Origin: an uncultured delta proteobacterium
Lineage (GTDB): Bacteria; Myxococcota_A; Polyangia; Fen-1088
Assembly: GCA_963767925.1 (NCBI GenBank)
Contig: CAVYGB010000010.1
Location: 160,001-224,000, forward strand
DNA length: 64,000 nt
Reading direction: 5' to 3'
The notes under the pieces were generated by a model, which had not been told where the DNA came from, searched no databases, and was given only the letters and a program-made list of their open reading frames with translations. Position numbers and translations under genes: made by a program. Of the stretch, positions 11,791-20,882 are shown piece after piece (positions within the stretch are counted from its first letter, which is position 1; each line of letters opens with the position of its first letter).

Positions 11791-12934
11791 ATGCTCGAGC
11801 GGGCCCTCGGTTGGCTGGTCTGCGCGGCGGGTCTCGCGGGGGACCCGGCCGCCGCTGCGCCCTTCGAGCCGGTGCGCCCCTGCCAGCCCTCGGCGCGCCT
11901 GCAGGGCGAGGCGGATCTCGGTGGCGCCTCTGCAGGCGCTGCTCTCGCGCCGGGGGATCGCGCCCCGGCCAGCGCCGGGTTGCCTGCCAGTCGCCGTCGC
12001 GGTCCGCCCGGCCCGCGCGGGGTTCGACCTGCTGATTTCCGACGCCGAGGGGCGCACCGCCCGCCGGCGGATCGCCCGGCTCGAGGCGGCGGCCATGTTC
12101 ATCGAGTCCTGGGCGCGGACCGATCTGGAAGCGTCGCTGCCCCCGCTGCCGCCGCCGCCCGTCCTCCTGCCCGAGCTGGCGAGGGCGCTGCCGGACGACC
12201 TGGGCCCGGCCGACGGGGCCGGCGCCGCTCGAGATGTTGTACAGCGAGATGTTGTACAGGATGAAAACGGGCTGGCCGGTCGACTCTCGGCCGTCCGGGT
12301 GAGCCTGGCCCACACGCCGGGCGGCTCCCTCCAGCTCGCGACCGCGCTCGAGTCGGGGGTCGACGGCGCGCGCGCGCTCTGGCTGGGCGCCGCCCTCGGC
12401 CTGTGCGCGCGGATCGGTCCGGTGTGCGCCGGGGTCAGCGCGGGGCTGAGCCGGAGCGCGGACGCGCGCCGCGAGGAGCTCCTCGCCACGATCGAGCTGC
12501 CCCTGGCGGTCGGAGGGATCTCGATTGCCCCCCGGATCGGCCTGGGGATGGGTCGGTTGCATCGCCGGGACTCCCTGGAAGACGGTGAGGAAGACGGTGA
12601 GGAAGAGGGCCCGAGAAGCGGCGACCAGAACGGCCAGAACGACGGCGAGGGCGCCGGCGAGCCTAAGCACGAGCGGAGCGAGCGGACCGGGGAGAGCCCC
12701 GCCCGCCCCGCCCGCACCACCGTGCCCGAGGCGAACGCTGGCTGGCGGGCCGGGACCTTGCGGGCCCACGCCGGCGTGGCCTTCTTCTATCCGCTGGCGG
12801 CCCGCACCGGGGTCGAGGTCGCGGTCACCTACGCGGCGACGGCCATCCCGATCGGGCGGGCGCCGGGCTGGACGGAAAGGCTCACCGGAGGGGAGATCGG
12901 GCTGCGGCTCGGCCTCCGACATGGGACGCCGTGA
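11791..12934 (+). CDS. Hypothetical secreted/outer-membrane protein; apparent +1 frameshift near 11920
   Basis: Signal-peptide-like N-terminus 'MLERALGWLVCAAGLAG...CQPSARLQGEADL' joins 'VAPLQALLSRRG...FIESW' in the next frame at GATCTCGGT. Amphipathic beta-strand-like C-terminus 'IGLRLGLRHG'. Confidence 0.6.
12230..12259 (+). repeat. Perfect 15-bp tandem duplication (CGAGATGTTGTACAG x2)
   Basis: Read directly; in frame, encodes RDVVQ-RDVVQ. Confidence 0.95.
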
Positions 12935-14046
12935 CCGACTTTACCCCCGACCCCGCAGCCTGCCCCGACGCCGAAACCCTGGCGCGCGCGTCGACCCGGC
13001 CCGATCCCCTCGTGCACACCCACCTCATCGGCTGCCCGCGCTGCCGGGCGACCTGGGAGAGCACCAACCTGGTCCGCGACCTTGGCCGCTTGCTCGGCCG
13101 CGAGCGGCCGGATGCCGCCACCTACGACAGCGCCCGCTACCAGCGCGTGCGGCCGCCGGATGGTTCCCGGCGCCGCCTCGTGATGGCCGGAGCGACCGCG
13201 CTTGCCGTCGCCGGGCTGGCGCTGATCGGAGCCCAGCTCGTCAAGGGGCGACCGGGAGTGACGACCCGCGCGCCGGCGCGCCCGGTGGCCGCCCGGACGC
13301 TGGCGCCCGCGCAGATCGAGGCCGCGCCCGGGACGCAGTTCCGGGTCGGGGGGAGCCCCCCGCACGAGGTGGTCCACCTCTCCCAGGGGACGCTGCGGAT
13401 CGCGATCGAGCCGCAGCCCGGTGTGCAGCGGAGCTTCCGGCTGCTGGCGCCCGACGCCGAGGTCGAGGTCCGGGGGACCGTGTTCGAGACGACGGTGCTG
13501 GCGGACCGCCTGCGCGCGGTGCGGGTCGAGCGTGGGCGGGTGACCGTGCGGCCCCTGTCGGGCCCCGAGGTCGACCTGGCGGCGGGTGGACAGTGGAGCC
13601 CACCGCCGCCACCGCCGGCCTCCGATCCGATCGCCGCCGGACCGACCGCTGGCGAGCGGGCTTTCCGCCGGGGGCTGCGCGCCCTCGAGGGGGACGACCC
13701 ACGCGCCGCCGCCCGCGACTTCGCCCGGGCCGGCGCCCTGGCCGGCGAAGCCGCGCTGGCCGAGGAGGCCGCCTACTGGCGCGCCATCGCCCTGTCGCGC
13801 GCGGGGGACGGGCCGGGCGCCCGCAGCGCGCTCGAGCTGTTCCTCGAGCGCCACCCCCGATCGCCCCGTGCCGGCGAGCTGTCGGTGCTGCTGGGATCCC
13901 TCCTGCTCGAGCAGGACCAGCCCGGGGCCGCCCGCGCCCGCTTCGAGGTCGGGTTGCAGGACCCCTCACCCCGCATCCAGCGCCGCGCCCGCCAGGGTCT
14001 CGAAGCCGCAGACACCGCCGCCGCCGGCGGCGGATCCTCTCTCTGA
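12931..14046 (+). CDS. Anti-sigma-like protein: zinc-binding (ZAS-like) N-terminus, TM, FecR domain, TPR
   Basis: 'CPD...HLIGCPRC' (HxxxCxxC), TM 'LVMAGATALAVAGLALIGA', FecR 'LSQGTLRI...FRLLAPDAEVEVRGTVF...VERGRV', TPR 'EAAYWRAIAL...FLERHPRSP'. Confidence 0.85.
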   Translation: MTDFTPDPAACPDAETLARASTRPDPLVHTHLIGCPRCRATWESTNLVRDLGRLLGRERPDAATYDSARYQRVRPPDGSRRRLVMAGATALAVAGLALIGAQLVKGRPGVTTRAPARPVAARTLAPAQIEAAPGTQFRVGGSPPHEVVHLSQGTLRIAIEPQPGVQRSFRLLAPDAEVEVRGTVFETTVLADRLRAVRVERGRVTVRPLSGPEVDLAAGGQWSPPPPPPASDPIAAGPTAGERAFRRGLRALEGDDPRAAARDFARAGALAGEAALAEEAAYWRAIALSRAGDGPGARSALELFLERHPRSPRAGELSVLLGSLLLEQDQPGAARARFEVGLQDPSPRIQRRARQGLEAADTAAAGGGSSL

Positions 14047-14086
14047 TCGGACTCCCTCGCGGAGCCCCGGAACGCCCGGTGCGCTA

Positions 14087-16666
14087 TCAGCGGGTGGCCG
14101 TGGGGGGCTGGACGAGCGTCGGGGGGCGGGCCAGGCGCTCGTTGAGCTGGGCCCGGTAGAGGCTGCGCGGCTCGATCAGCGCCCGGTCGGCGCCGTAGGT
14201 GCCGGTGCCGAGCAGGGCCCGGGCGCCGATGGCCCCGCCCATCACCCAGTTGTGCGCGGTGGGCGGATCGTCGACGCTGAACACCTCGGCCTCGCTGTTC
14301 CAGACCACCGAGTTTACCGCCGACCAGCCGTACGTCTTGCGGCCGCGCGCGAGATCGAAGTCCCCGCTGGGCTGCCCGCTGCTGTCCTGGACCCGCACGT
14401 TGTCGAGCAAGATCCCGGTCGACCAGCGCGAGTTGACCCGCACCCGCACCGACTTGCCCACCGCCAGCAGGTCCACCACCGCGTTGGGCCCCTCCACCTC
14501 GGTGCCGGTCATCAGGGCCGTGACGTGAGAGCCGTACGAGCGGTTGCGGTGGAGCAGGTTCTGCTGACCGCCGAGGTTGAAGGCAAACTGCGGGCAACGC
14601 TCCCCTTCCACCGCCAGGCCCACGTAGGTCACGTCCTCGACGGTGACCCACTTCGAGGGGGGCTCGAGCGAGACCGCCTCGCCCCCGAAGGCCTCCACCC
14701 GCACGTCCTTGACCCAGGCGTTGGCCACCGCGTTCACCCGCACCAGCTCCCCCTTGCCCGAGGGGCAAGGGCCGGGCACCGTGAACTCGCCCCGGGCGGC
14801 CAGCTTCTCCACCCCCAGCTCCGACACCCGCTCGGGGAAGTCGTAACGGGTCAGGTAGGCCTGGGTGAACTCCTTCTCCAGGGCGTTGGTCATCGGGACG
14901 TCGACCGTGATCCGGTTGCCCTCGATGCGGGTGATCCGCCGCTCGAAGGTCAGCCCGCCCTTCGCCTTCCAGGGCGACGGGACCTTGCCGTCGCGGTGTA
15001 CGGGCAGAAAATCGGTGCCGATGGCGCAGATCCAGCGCTGCGACTTCGGGCGGTGGACGATCACGTCGTCGCCGACCTTGAGGTCGCCCACCCGCTCGAG
15101 CGTGAAGGTGCGCGCCCCGACCGGCACGTAGACGTCGGTGATGGGGAAGGCCTCCTTGCCCGCCGCCCGCCGGCGCACCACCGGGCCCAGCTGGATGAGA
15201 GGCCGGGGCTGGCCGACCGCCCGCAGGAGCGTGGCCGGAGACCCCTCGGTCCCCTGCCCGCGCAGCACCACCCCGCCGACCGCCATCCGCAGGGTGCCGG
15301 CCACCATGAACTGGCCGGGCCCCAGCTCGACCGCGCCCCGGAAGCCCTGGGCATCGGGAGGCAGCGCCGAGACGGCGTCGATCGCGCTCTGGATCGTCGC
15401 GGTGTCGTCGCCGGTCCCCGAGGGGAGCAGCGGCGACGGTCCGGCGGCCGCGGGCACCTTCGGCAGCGGCACCCCGCCGCCCCGGTAGCCGCTGTGGGAG
15501 AAGTCCGGGACCCGGTTGCCCCGGGCATCTTCCGTGTATTTCAGGCAGCCGCTCGGCCCGGGGCGCACCCACAGGCCGCTCACCGGCCGGGCCCGAAAGT
15601 CCTTGCCGGTCGGTCCGGCGTCGAAGTGCCGGCAGGCCGACAGGTTCACCGCGCCGGGATCGGGCAGGGCCTCGGCCAGCGGGCTCGACTCGTGCGGCCG
15701 GCAGGCCCCCGCCTCGGCGACCGGCAGCAGGCCCTCGGCGGTCCGGGCCCGCTCGCGCAGCTCGTCGGCCGGGCCGCCGCCAGCACCCGGCGCGGTCGCG
15801 CCGGCGACCGCCGGGGGGGCGACCTTCCGGTCGGCCTCGGCGTCTTCGGCCAGCGCGGTCAAGGCGCGGGTCACCGGCTCGGCGTCGTCCTGGGAGAGCG
15901 AATCGAGCAGCACGTGCCCCTCGCCGACCCGGGCCAGGCCGTCGGAGGCCCGCGCCAGCAGGGTATCGCCGGGGCCGAGCAGCACCCCCCTGGGTCCCGT
16001 GCTCGCCCCCTGCACCGACACGCGTCCAGCACGCACGCTGACCAGGAGCAGCTCGCGCCGGGCCAGCCAGTTGACGTCGAGGCTCGTCGCCACCGTCTCC
16101 GCCGGCAACACCCGGTAGGGACCGGCCTCCAGCGCCCAGGCGTTGGCCCGGTTCGACTGGATGTGGGCCCGGGCCCGCCCGCCGAGCATCTGCAGCCGGG
16201 CGCCCTGGGCGGTCACCGAGGTCAGCCGGGCCCGGCCGTCCCGGCGCAGGAGGATCGTGCTGCCCTCGCCGAACCGGAGCGTGCCCGCCCCGGCCAGGGT
16301 CAACGGCACCTCGGCGGCCTCTGCCCGGGGCGCGGCCGCGGGCGCCGCGCCCGCCTCGGTCGCCGGCTCGAACTGGTAGGCGAGCGGCCCGGCCGGCCCG
16401 CGGTCGTCACCGACCACGAGGACCAGCGCGGTGGCGGCCACCGCCAGCCCGCCGAACAGCGCCGGGAGCCAGCGCCGATCAGACCGGCGCCCGGAGGCCT
16501 GGTAGACCTGCTGGGCCCGGGCCAGGCCGGTGGGCATCTGGCGGGGCCCGCGGGTCAGGCCGTGGCGGACGATGCGGCCGAGCAGGACGTGGCCACGTTC
16601 TTCGTCGTCCGACGGCGAAGCGGTCGAAAAAGGCGGCGGAACAGGCGGGGAAGGCGATCGCGACAT
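14087..16666 (-). CDS. FecR-domain anti-sigma fused to a pectate-lyase-like right-handed beta-helix domain
   Basis: TM 'WLPALFGGLAVAATALVLVV', FecR-like 'LRFGEGS...LGGRAR...WALEAGPYRV...VRAGRVSV', then 'GNRVPDFSHSGYRGGGVPLP...DDTATIQSAIDAVS...GAVELGPG...GVVLRGQG'. One uninterrupted 859-aa ORF. Confidence 0.8.
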   Translation of the reverse strand: MSRSPSPPVPPPFSTASPSDDEERGHVLLGRIVRHGLTRGPRQMPTGLARAQQVYQASGRRSDRRWLPALFGGLAVAATALVLVVGDDRGPAGPLAYQFEPATEAGAAPAAAPRAEAAEVPLTLAGAGTLRFGEGSTILLRRDGRARLTSVTAQGARLQMLGGRARAHIQSNRANAWALEAGPYRVLPAETVATSLDVNWLARRELLLVSVRAGRVSVQGASTGPRGVLLGPGDTLLARASDGLARVGEGHVLLDSLSQDDAEPVTRALTALAEDAEADRKVAPPAVAGATAPGAGGGPADELRERARTAEGLLPVAEAGACRPHESSPLAEALPDPGAVNLSACRHFDAGPTGKDFRARPVSGLWVRPGPSGCLKYTEDARGNRVPDFSHSGYRGGGVPLPKVPAAAGPSPLLPSGTGDDTATIQSAIDAVSALPPDAQGFRGAVELGPGQFMVAGTLRMAVGGVVLRGQGTEGSPATLLRAVGQPRPLIQLGPVVRRRAAGKEAFPITDVYVPVGARTFTLERVGDLKVGDDVIVHRPKSQRWICAIGTDFLPVHRDGKVPSPWKAKGGLTFERRITRIEGNRITVDVPMTNALEKEFTQAYLTRYDFPERVSELGVEKLAARGEFTVPGPCPSGKGELVRVNAVANAWVKDVRVEAFGGEAVSLEPPSKWVTVEDVTYVGLAVEGERCPQFAFNLGGQQNLLHRNRSYGSHVTALMTGTEVEGPNAVVDLLAVGKSVRVRVNSRWSTGILLDNVRVQDSSGQPSGDFDLARGRKTYGWSAVNSVVWNSEAEVFSVDDPPTAHNWVMGGAIGARALLGTGTYGADRALIEPRSLYRAQLNERLARPPTLVQPPTATR

Positions 16667-16674
16667 GATGGGCC

Positions 16675-17364
16675 CTAGGCCTCCGTCTTGGCCGGGATGC
16701 CGGGGCTGGCGACCTCGGTTCGCGGGTGGGTCGTGTAGGGGGCGAGCACCGGGTCACTGCTCATCAACACACCGAGCCGCTTGGTCAGACGTTCGAGCCG
16801 GCGGCGCACGGTCGAGACCGAGACGCCCACCAGCCCGGCGATCTCGGCCTGCTCGAGGCCTTCGATGTAGCGGAGGACGTAGATGGTCCGGTCCTTGATC
16901 CGGAGCTGGTCCATCATGCGGTAGAGGTGGACGATCACCTCACGCGACTCAGGATCCATCTCGGTCGAGACCGGCAGAGCGAGCCGCTGATCGGCCACCG
17001 GAGCGAGCCACCGTCTGACGCGCCGGCGTCGAATTTCCTCCTGCGCCCGCCGGATCGCAATGGCCATCACAAAGGATCGAAGTGACTCGGTCTTCTGCAG
17101 GCCCTTCACTTTGCGGAAGAATCTCAGAAAAACGTCCTGCGCCAGGTCCTCAAGCTCCCCGTCGGGACCGAGCATCCGGCGCAAGGTTGTCTCGACCAGG
17201 GGGTAGAACCGGTGCCAGGCCAGCTCGGGCGCCTCGCTCTGGCCATCGATCAGGGCGCGCGCGAGCAGCCCCTCGTCGAGGCTCGGGGAACGTGCTTCCG
17301 CCGTCTTGAGCGATCGCGCAGGGCGCACGGCAGGTGACCCTATTCGGTGCGGGGCCGCAACCAG
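16675..17364 (-). CDS. ECF-type RNA polymerase sigma-70 factor (start uncertain: CTG at 17364 behind GGAGG, or GTG at 17328)
   Basis: Region 2 'ELEDLAQDVFLRFF...LRSFVMAIA'; region 4 'IYVLRYIEGLEQAEIAGLVGVSVSTVRRRL'. Confidence 0.9.
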   Translation of the reverse strand: MVAAPHRIGSPAVRPARSLKTAEARSPSLDEGLLARALIDGQSEAPELAWHRFYPLVETTLRRMLGPDGELEDLAQDVFLRFFRKVKGLQKTESLRSFVMAIAIRRAQEEIRRRRVRRWLAPVADQRLALPVSTEMDPESREVIVHLYRMMDQLRIKDRTIYVLRYIEGLEQAEIAGLVGVSVSTVRRRLERLTKRLGVLMSSDPVLAPYTTHPRTEVASPGIPAKTEA

Positions 17365-17526
17365 GTTGGAGACCTCCCCACGGGTGTCGTTCCGGGGAGG
17401 GGTTTGCCAGGAGAACGGGCAGCGGCGGCGGGCATCGGGCCGGGAGCGGCGGAGCGTCGGAGCGTCTCCATTTCTTGCCGAAAGCCCATTCCTTATGGAT
17501 ACCGCTCGCTTTGTGGAACCGTCCAC

Positions 17527-17549
17527 GAAATCGTTACAGAAATCGTTAC
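17527..17549. promoter_or_regulatory. Direct repeat GAAATCGTTAC x2 (12-bp period) upstream of the ECF sigma gene; candidate operator
   Basis: Exact 11-bp AT-rich repeat at 17527-17537 and 17539-17549 in intergenic DNA. Confidence 0.55.
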
Positions 17550-17608
17550 CGCGGCACCGTCTTTTCGTGGCGGCGCTGCTAACACCGCGTGTCGTTGCGG
17601 TATCCATC

Positions 17609-18604
17609 TCAACGTGCGGCGAACAGGGGCGGCACACCGAGGACCGAGGCGCGGTAGCCCAGCGTCGAGGCGACGATGGGCGCCAGGCTGGGCAAGGCGC
17701 GCTGCAGGCGGCGGGTGATCTCCGGAACGTAGACCGCGGCCGAATCGGCCACCCCGCCGGAGATAACTATCACGTCGGGGTCGAGGATGCTCTGGACCGC
17801 GCTGAGGGCGACCGTCCAGAGATCGACCCCCCGATCGACAACCTGGCGCGCCCAGGGCACGCCCGCCGCGGCCGCGGCGAACAGGCGCTCGCCCCGCCCC
17901 TCCGCCTCGGAGATGGGCGTGCCGGCGGCCGCCGCCAGCCGGCGGGCCTCCGCCGCGAACCCGGCGCCGGCGGCGTAGCTCTCGAGCGCCCCGATCTCCC
18001 GGTTGTCCCAGCTCAGAAACTCGCTCCCCGGCAGCAGCGCCCCGATCTCGCCGGCGGCGTAGCTGCGGCCCCGCCACAGCTTGCCGTCGATCACCACCGC
18101 GCCGCCGATGCCGGTGCCCACGGCGATGAGGAACATCGAGCGGGCCCCCTTGCCCGCGCCGACCGCCTGTTCGCCCAGCGCGGCCAGGTTGACGTCGTTC
18201 TCCACCCGCACCGGCAGGCCCAGACGCTCCGCGAGCAGGGCCCCCAGGGCGACGTCCCGCCAGGCCAGCGCGCCGGCCACCAGGACGACGCCGTCCGGCC
18301 GGGTCATCCCGGGGGCGCCCACGCCGACGCCGAGCGGACGCTGGCCGGCGGCCCGCGCCTTCGCGATCAACGCCGCCCCCGACCGCACCAGGCAGGGATA
18401 AGCCGGCCCCAGCGCCCGCTCCGCGTCCGAGGCGGGCCCTCCGGGCAGATCGGCGCCCTCGTCGCGCCCGGAGGCGCCGAGGCCCCCCGCGTGCTCGACG
18501 TAGCTCTCGGCGTGCACGACGCCGGCGCCATCGACGACCGCGCCGAAGACCTTGGTGCCGCCCAGATCGAGGCCGACGTAAACAGCCTCGCCCGCGCCGC
18601 TCAT
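17609..18604 (-). CDS. ROK-family sugar kinase
   Basis: 'GLDLGGTK', 'GVGAPG', 'VENDVNLAALGE', 'GTGIGGAVV', 'AGEIG'. No N-terminal HTH, and the Cys zinc motif is absent. ATGA overlap with the upstream gene. Confidence 0.92.
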   Translation of the reverse strand: MSGAGEAVYVGLDLGGTKVFGAVVDGAGVVHAESYVEHAGGLGASGRDEGADLPGGPASDAERALGPAYPCLVRSGAALIAKARAAGQRPLGVGVGAPGMTRPDGVVLVAGALAWRDVALGALLAERLGLPVRVENDVNLAALGEQAVGAGKGARSMFLIAVGTGIGGAVVIDGKLWRGRSYAAGEIGALLPGSEFLSWDNREIGALESYAAGAGFAAEARRLAAAAGTPISEAEGRGERLFAAAAAGVPWARQVVDRGVDLWTVALSAVQSILDPDVIVISGGVADSAAVYVPEITRRLQRALPSLAPIVASTLGYRASVLGVPPLFAAR

Positions 18605-19686
18605 GCCCGTTTCCACAGGTCGATCGGCTTGCGCACGTCGGGCGGCGGCGTGTAGGGCCAGGGGATCTTGCGGCCCTCGCCGGCCGACTGATAGGCGGCG
18701 TAGATGATCTTGAGGACCTCGCGCCCATCCTCCCCGGTCTCGAAGGGCTTCTCCTTGCCCATCACCACCCGGCAGAAGTGCCCGAGCTCCTGGGGAAAGC
18801 CGTAGTTCCAGACCTCCTCGTACATCGTGAAGCTGTGGCCCTTTGTGTCGCCGGCCTTCTCCTGGGCGTAGCCGTAGCCCTTCTGGCTGTAGGTCAGGAG
18901 CGCCGACCCGCGCAGCAGATCGGCCCGCGTGAACCCCTCGCTGCCGTAGATCTCGCAGCGGTCGTCGACCCCGCCCCGCTTGGCCCAGCTGTTTTCCGCC
19001 AGCACCAGCCCGCCGCCTTCGAACTCGATGATCACGAGCGAGTGGTCCTCGCCCTTCGTCTTCTCGCTGTGCACGTAGGTGCCCATCTGGGCGTAGACGC
19101 TCTTGACCGCAGGCTTGCCGAGCACCCAGCGCCCGTATTCGATCGAGTGGCAGCCCATGTCGAGCAACACGCCGCCGCCCGACCGCTCGACGTCCCAGAA
19201 CCAGGGCATGTGGGGGCCGTCGTGCTCCTCGCTCTGCTTGACCAGGAACGGCTTGCCGAGGGCCCCCTCGTCGACGAGGGCCTTGGCCCGCACGTATTTC
19301 GGGGCGAAGAGCAGCTCCTCGGCGTAGAGCAGGTGGACGCCCGCTTCCTTGCAGGCGGCGATCATGCGATCGGCCTCGGCCAGCGTCCGGCACAGGGGCT
19401 TCTCGCAGACCACGTGTTTGCCGGCCCGGGCGGCGGCGATGGCCGCCTCGGCGTGCAGGTCGTTCGGCAGGGCCAGCGACACGAGCTGGATGTCCTTGCG
19501 GGCCAGCAGCTCCCGGTAGTCGGTGTACGCGTGGGGGATGCCGCGCTCCTCGGCGAAGCGTTTGGCCTTGCCCGGGCTGGGCGAGGCCACCGCCAGCAGG
19601 TTTGCCTCGGGGACCACCTTCAGGGCGTGGGCGTGCAGGTCGGCGATGAACCCGCTGCCGATGATGCCGTAGCCGACTTTGTCCAT
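18601..19686 (-). CDS. Gfo/Idh/MocA family NAD(P)-dependent oxidoreductase
   Basis: 'GIIGSGFIA', 'GKHVVCEKP', 'GGGVLLDMGCH'. Confidence 0.93.
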   Translation of the reverse strand: MDKVGYGIIGSGFIADLHAHALKVVPEANLLAVASPSPGKAKRFAEERGIPHAYTDYRELLARKDIQLVSLALPNDLHAEAAIAAARAGKHVVCEKPLCRTLAEADRMIAACKEAGVHLLYAEELLFAPKYVRAKALVDEGALGKPFLVKQSEEHDGPHMPWFWDVERSGGGVLLDMGCHSIEYGRWVLGKPAVKSVYAQMGTYVHSEKTKGEDHSLVIIEFEGGGLVLAENSWAKRGGVDDRCEIYGSEGFTRADLLRGSALLTYSQKGYGYAQEKAGDTKGHSFTMYEEVWNYGFPQELGHFCRVVMGKEKPFETGEDGREVLKIIYAAYQSAGEGRKIPWPYTPPPDVRKPIDLWKRA

Positions 19687-19727
19687 ACCCTTTCCTCCAA
19701 CGATCGGTGGGGGCTGGTCAAGCCTTG

Positions 19728-20768
19728 CTAGAACGTTTTTACCACCTTGGTGGTAAGCCCCCGGGGTCGGTCGGGGTCCAGGTTGCGCGCCAGCGCCAGC
19801 TCGAGGGCGAGGAGCTGGCCGGGGAGGACCGCGGTGGCGGGGGAGAGCCACTCGGGGACGGTCACCGCGAGGGGCAGGCGGACCGTGGCGGTGGGGGCGG
19901 CCGCCGGGTCGTCGCTGATCACGGTGAGCTCGGCCCCGCGCGCGCCGATCTCCTGGGCCAGCTTCTGCATGTCGGGCAGGGCGGCACCCGAGGGCATCAC
20001 GAGCAAGGCGGGCGTGCCTGGCTGCACCAGCGCGATGGAGCCGTGACGCAGGTCGGCCGCCGACCAGCCGTGGGTGGGCAGGCAGAGCAGCTCGCGCAGC
20101 TTGAGCCCCAGCTCGTCGGCGGTGCACAGGTTGATGCCGCGGGCGAGGGTCATCAGGCTGCCGATGTCGCGGAGCCGCCCGGCCGCCTCGCGGGCGGGCG
20201 CGGCCGCCCCCTCGAGCACCCGCTGCATGGCCTCGGGCAGGCGGCGCAGCGCCTCGAGGCCGGCGGCGTCGCCGGCCAGCGCGACGCCGAACAGCGCCAC
20301 CGCCGCGAGCTGCGTGCTGTAAGTCTTCGTCGCGGCGATGGCCAGCTCGGGCGTCAGGCACAGGTCGAACACGTGGTCGGCGGTGCGGGCCAGCGGGGAG
20401 GCGGGGTCGTTGGTGAAGGCGACGGTGGGCCGGCCCTGGCGCCGCCCTTCCTCGACCACCGCCACCACGTCGGGAGACTGTCCCGACTGCGAGATGCCGA
20501 CCACCAGCGCCCCCTCGAGGCGCGGGGGCCGGTGGTACAGCGTGTGGAGCGAGGGGGCGGCCGAGGCGACCGGCACGCTGGCCAGCATCCCCCAGAGGTA
20601 ACGGGCGTAGGTGGTGGCGTGGTCGGAGCTGCCGCGCGCGGCGACGAGCGCATAGCTGAAGGGGGGAAGCGACTGCGCGACGCGCGCCATGGCGGCGGTG
20701 TGGCGGTCGATGAAGCCGGCCACCTCGGCGGGCTGGCTGGCGATCTCTTGCGAAAGGAACGAGCTCAT
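19728..20768 (-). CDS. Double-SIS-domain protein, probable glucosamine-6-phosphate deaminase of the NagB-II type
   Basis: 'ARGSSDHA', 'ISQSGQSPD', 'AATKTY', 'ELGLKLRE', 'DPDRPRGL.KV'. Lacks the GlmS glutaminase domain. Confidence 0.8.
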   Translation of the reverse strand: MSSFLSQEIASQPAEVAGFIDRHTAAMARVAQSLPPFSYALVAARGSSDHATTYARYLWGMLASVPVASAAPSLHTLYHRPPRLEGALVVGISQSGQSPDVVAVVEEGRRQGRPTVAFTNDPASPLARTADHVFDLCLTPELAIAATKTYSTQLAAVALFGVALAGDAAGLEALRRLPEAMQRVLEGAAAPAREAAGRLRDIGSLMTLARGINLCTADELGLKLRELLCLPTHGWSAADLRHGSIALVQPGTPALLVMPSGAALPDMQKLAQEIGARGAELTVISDDPAAAPTATVRLPLAVTVPEWLSPATAVLPGQLLALELALARNLDPDRPRGLTTKVVKTF

Positions 20769-20882
20769 CGGTGCGCAAGGCGGTTACCACGCCGCGCACT
20801 GCGCGCAAATCTTTACTTCGGTTCAACTTCGCTGCGTCCCGATCGACGAGCGGCGCGACACGCCAGCGACGGAAGGCGTCGG

